Origin: Candidatus Methanomethylophilaceae archaeon
GTDB lineage: Archaea; Thermoplasmatota; Thermoplasmata; Methanomassiliicoccales; Methanomethylophilaceae
Length of the DNA stretch: 64,000 bases
NCBI GenBank assembly: GCA_944320495.1
Contig: CALUHR010000013.1
Location: 384,001 to 448,000, forward strand
Direction: 5' to 3'
The notes under the pieces were generated by a model that worked only from the letters and a program-made list of their open reading frames with translations, did not search any database and was not told where the DNA came from. Of the stretch, positions 60,712-64,000 are shown piece by piece (position 1 is the stretch's first letter; the number at the start of each line of letters is the position of its first letter). Both the position numbers and the translations under genes were made by a program.

Positions 60712-62322
60712 ATGATAACGATGCGGGACCTCGTGGCCATCGCCGACGCGGTCCAGGAGGCTGTCGACAGCATACCCAGTTCGGAGGAGCGGGGCAAGAA
60801 GGTGTGCATGGGCGCGGACGGGTCGTGCTCGTCCGAGGTGGACAAGGTCGCCGAGAACGCCGCCCTGATGTACATCGAGCGCGAGCATCTGCCGCTGAAC
60901 GTCCTGAGCGAGGAGATCGGCTACGTGGACAACGGCGGCGAGGAGGTCCTGGTCATGGACCCGGTCGACGGGACGTCCAACGCCATAGCCGGGCTGCCGC
61001 TGTACACCGTGTCCCTGGCCGTGGGCGCCTCGTGCCTGTCCGATGTGCGCCTGGCGTACATGAGGAACCTCGCCACCGGCGACGCCATGTGGGCGGAGAG
61101 GGGCAAGGGGGCGTTCAAGAACGGCGAGCCCATCCACGTCAGGCGCGCCGAGCTGGACGACATCTTCCTGATGATCTACGAGGGCAACGGGGCCCACCCG
61201 GATGCATTCTCCGTCGCCAAGGTCGTCCGCTCCTCCAGGTCGCTGGGCTGCACCTCCCTCGAGATGGGCATCGTCGCCGAGGGCCAGGCGGACGGCTACT
61301 TCATGAAGGCCGAGAAGTACACCCGCTCGGTCCGCGTGGTGGACATCGCCGCCAGCTCCCTCATCCTGAGGGAGGCGGGAGGGGAGGTCTACGACCTTGA
61401 CAACAACGTCCTCGACATGCCCTTCGACCTCGAGCACCGCTCCAACTTCCTCGCCGTGGGCGACCGGAGGATCTACGACATCATCGTCAGGCACAGGGTC
61501 AGCCACGTCCACAGGTACGGGGTGTACGCGAACGCGCATATAGGCAACATCCTGGACCCCGCCCGCAGGGTCATCGACGTGCTCAGGGAGGAGGGCGCCG
61601 ACTTCTGCGTAGACACCGAGATCGCCGATGCGCTGGGAGTCCCGGGCATACCCCTGTCCAGGATGGGCGCTGACATCGTGATCGTCGTCGGAGGGGACGG
61701 CACCATCCTCCGCGCGCTCCAGGCCACCGACGCCATAATCGTCGGCGTCAACGGCGGCAGCGTGGGGTTCCTCGCGGAGATCGAGACCGACGGCATCGAG
61801 GAGGGCATCAGGAGGCTACTGGCCGAGGACTACATCGTGGAGTCCAGGTTCAAGATCGCCACCTTCTACAACGGCGAGTACCTGAAGGACTCGGTGAACG
61901 AGGCCGTGGTGCACACCGACACGATCGCCAAGATCCGCCACTTCAGGGTGTACGTCGACGACGTGCTCGCCTCGGAGCTCAGATCCGACGGCGTCATAGT
62001 CTCCACCCCGACCGGGTCCACCTGCTACGCGATGTCCCTCGGTGCCCCGTACATGGATCCGAAGGTCGAGGCGATGATGGTGGTCCCGATGGCCGCCTAC
62101 AGGTTCAACTCCCGCCCGTTCGTGGTCCCCGCCACATCCAAGGTCACCGTAGAGAACGTCCTGGACAAGGGATGCATCATCGTGCTGGACGGACAGGAGG
62201 AGATCTACATGGAGGGAGGGTCCAAGGTCGAGTTCATGATGTCCGAGAGGAGGGCGAGGTTCGTCCGCTTCGACACCGACTTCTACTCCAGGGTCAAGGA
62301 CAAGCTGGTGAACTCCCTATGA
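60712..62322 (+). CDS. ppnK: Bifunctional inositol-monophosphatase-like NADP phosphatase / NAD kinase
   Basis: SEE and DPVDGT in the IMPase domain, then GGDGT, NE and STPTGSTCYAMS in the NAD kinase domain. Confidence 0.92.
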   Translation: MITMRDLVAIADAVQEAVDSIPSSEERGKKVCMGADGSCSSEVDKVAENAALMYIEREHLPLNVLSEEIGYVDNGGEEVLVMDPVDGTSNAIAGLPLYTVSLAVGASCLSDVRLAYMRNLATGDAMWAERGKGAFKNGEPIHVRRAELDDIFLMIYEGNGAHPDAFSVAKVVRSSRSLGCTSLEMGIVAEGQADGYFMKAEKYTRSVRVVDIAASSLILREAGGEVYDLDNNVLDMPFDLEHRSNFLAVGDRRIYDIIVRHRVSHVHRYGVYANAHIGNILDPARRVIDVLREEGADFCVDTEIADALGVPGIPLSRMGADIVIVVGGDGTILRALQATDAIIVGVNGGSVGFLAEIETDGIEEGIRRLLAEDYIVESRFKIATFYNGEYLKDSVNEAVVHTDTIAKIRHFRVYVDDVLASELRSDGVIVSTPTGSTCYAMSLGAPYMDPKVEAMMVVPMAAYRFNSRPFVVPATSKVTVENVLDKGCIIVLDGQEEIYMEGGSKVEFMMSERRARFVRFDTDFYSRVKDKLVNSL

Positions 62323-62693
62323 CGAGGATACGCGGGGTGGACGTGGACTTCATAGACGCCTTCAACGAGGCGGCCCGTTCCACCTACCCCGACGAGTTCC
62401 TCTGCATGCACCGCGAGATCGACGGCATCATCAGCGAGATGGTCATGCTGCCAGGGACGGTGTACGGGGACTCGCACAGCTTCCTGAACCAGTGGATGGC
62501 CCCGATAGACTACAGTCTGGCGGGCTCCGCCCACTCGCACCCGGGGTACTCGAACGAGCCCTCTGATGCCGACAAGGACTTCTTCAGGAACACAGGGGGC
62601 ATCCACTTCATAACGTGTCAGCCATACGACAGGACCAGCTGGCGCGCCTATGACTCCTACGGGGAGCCGGTAGACATCGAGGTCATCTACCGA
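62319..62693 (+). CDS. JAB/MPN (Mov34) metalloprotease, 124 aa, ending at CGA
   Basis: E...HSHP...PSDAD JAMM motif. ATGA overlap with ppnK. CGA at 62691 abuts the stop of the convergent gene. The standard code would extend it to TAG at 63842. Confidence 0.88.
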
Positions 62694-63998
62694 TCACTCG
62701 GCCCTGAGGACGCGCTGGACCAGTTCGTCGGCCATCTCCATCAGGCCGATGATGTAGGCCATGTCCTGGGACTCGGCTATTGTCTCGACGACCTGGTCCT
62801 CCCCGTCCTGCCTGAGGCGCACGAGGAACCATCCGCCGTCCATGGACACGCGGAACTCAGATCCGTACTGGGAGGTCCTCCCAGCCACCTGCCCGAGGTT
62901 CTCCTCCACGGCCCTCCTGAACACATCGGGCCTCATCTGACACTCGTAGGTGCGGCTGTCGCGGATGTAGGACGGCAGCCTCTCCGTGACCGAGTGGAGG
63001 CTGTTGCCCCCGGCCATCTTGGCGATGGCCGCCGCGGTGCGCACGCCGTCTCCTATGGCGGCTCCGCCCCCGAAGACGATGCTGCCGTGGTAGTATCCGA
63101 GGTCCGCACCGGACGCGACCGCCTCGCATATGGCGGCGGCACTGTCCTGGGTCATCACGGCGCTCCTCTCCGGCGGTTCCTCGAACGGGGTGCTCACCTC
63201 GACGTCTATGCGACCCATGAGGGCGTCCTCGATCACCGACGGGGCGTCTGCGGTGATGGCGATGGTGGCCGGTCTCATGTACAGGACCAGGAGGGCGAAC
63301 ACGCGGTCCATGGGTATCACGTCGCCCTGCTCGTCCACGACGTCGACGGCCGTGCCCACGGGGTTGATCCCGATGCCGATGCTTCCCGGGGTCGCCCCGA
63401 CGAGTCTCTTCAGCCCGTCGAGCGAATCCTCGTCCGCCGTCGGGAGCGGGTGGAAGTCCTCGTCCCACTGCGCGTTGACAGCAAGAACGTCGGCGCCGAG
63501 GGCGTTGAGGATCTGGGGGACGGAATGGGCCCCGCATCCGCACCGGCAGTCCACGACGACGGTGCATCCGGCGCCCCCCACGAACATGGACTCGACCTTC
63601 GCGTTGTACTCCTCGGTGATCCCGTCGCGGATGGAGTAGCCTCCGAGACCTTCGTGATCCGGGGCCGGCGGGGGGTTCTGGAGGACGACCTCCAGGTGCC
63701 TGATCTGGTCGTCCCTGAACAGGCTCCCGTCGGGATTGACGAGGAAGTACCCGCTGATCATGCCCGGGCGGGCGGCGACGTACACCAGGCAGTCGCCCAG
63801 GTCCGAGCGGCTGGCCGCCACGGGTATCCCTACGACACCTAGGTCGATGACGTCCGCCCCCTGGGACAGCAGCCCCGAGATCACGGCGTCTGCCATCATC
63901 GAGCTGCTGCGCATCGGGTCGCGAGCGACGACCACCCTGCCGTGGTCCGCGGCAAGGGCCCTTCCGAGCACGATGCCGTCCTCCGGGGACATCTCCCC
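62694..63998 (-). CDS. Phosphoglucomutase/phosphomannomutase-fold protein, degenerate active site (5' partial)
   Basis: LGRAL, VVVARDPMRSS, VVVDCRCG, ILNALG, DGVRTAA patterns. The frame stays open to the window edge. Confidence 0.8.
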   Translation of the reverse strand, partial: GEMSPEDGIVLGRALAADHGRVVVARDPMRSSSMMADAVISGLLSQGADVIDLGVVGIPVAASRSDLGDCLVYVAARPGMISGYFLVNPDGSLFRDDQIRHLEVVLQNPPPAPDHEGLGGYSIRDGITEEYNAKVESMFVGGAGCTVVVDCRCGCGAHSVPQILNALGADVLAVNAQWDEDFHPLPTADEDSLDGLKRLVGATPGSIGIGINPVGTAVDVVDEQGDVIPMDRVFALLVLYMRPATIAITADAPSVIEDALMGRIDVEVSTPFEEPPERSAVMTQDSAAAICEAVASGADLGYYHGSIVFGGGAAIGDGVRTAAAIAKMAGGNSLHSVTERLPSYIRDSRTYECQMRPDVFRRAVEENLGQVAGRTSQYGSEFRVSMDGGWFLVRLRQDGEDQVVETIAESQDMAYIIGLMEMADELVQRVLRAE

Positions 63999-64000
63999 CG

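Noticed and set aside
1458-62693. Explaining the terminal CGA codons as independent recent TGA-to-CGA stop losses or as sequencing errors
   Set aside because: Not formally excluded. However, 10 of 60 genes would need the same mutation, several would gain huge antisense tails, it does not explain the lack of internal CGA, and the flanks share no methylation-like motif.
154-63842. Most long alternative-frame and antisense ORFs in the track (e.g. 3412-4602, 24576-26138, 33033-34685, 35543-37687, 38724-40751)
   Set aside because: Shadow ORFs typical of GC-rich DNA. They are Arg/Gly/Pro-rich, match no family and overlap well-supported genes.
1-64000. CRISPR arrays, rRNA, prophage or integrase at the tRNAs
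   Set aside because: No repeat-spacer periodicity, rRNA motifs, integrase or duplicated tRNA 3' ends were seen.

Overview
GC-rich archaeal chromosome segment, most likely Methanomassiliicoccales/Thermoplasmatota. This is inferred from archaeal informational genes (PCNA, TFS, S15, S17e, fibrillarin, Kae1, thermosome) together with grpE-dnaK-dnaJ, HypE, RNase III and bacterial-type GSIII/GltB. I count about 60 real CDS and 5 tRNAs, mostly housekeeping, plus two lower-GC patches (an AlbA_2/Schlafen-type gene and an IS1634-like transposase derivative). There is no CRISPR array and no rRNA. Main observation: the codon CGA behaves like a stop codon. Reading the Arg codons of all real genes by eye, I found no internal in-frame CGA, although CGG occurs about two dozen times. 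Ten genes have a CGA at or near their natural C-terminus, and four of these would otherwise run on for 80-384 codons across neighbouring genes. With CGA as a stop, the endings are 46 TGA, 10 CGA, 4 TAA and 0 TAG, which fits TAG being reserved for pyrrolysine; one probable in-frame TAG was seen. The tRNA-Arg(UCG) in the window is structurally aberrant. Gene coordinates below use the CGA ends and state the standard-code end. A second candidate system is a five-gene SPFH/zinc-ribbon membrane operon at 30867-35358.
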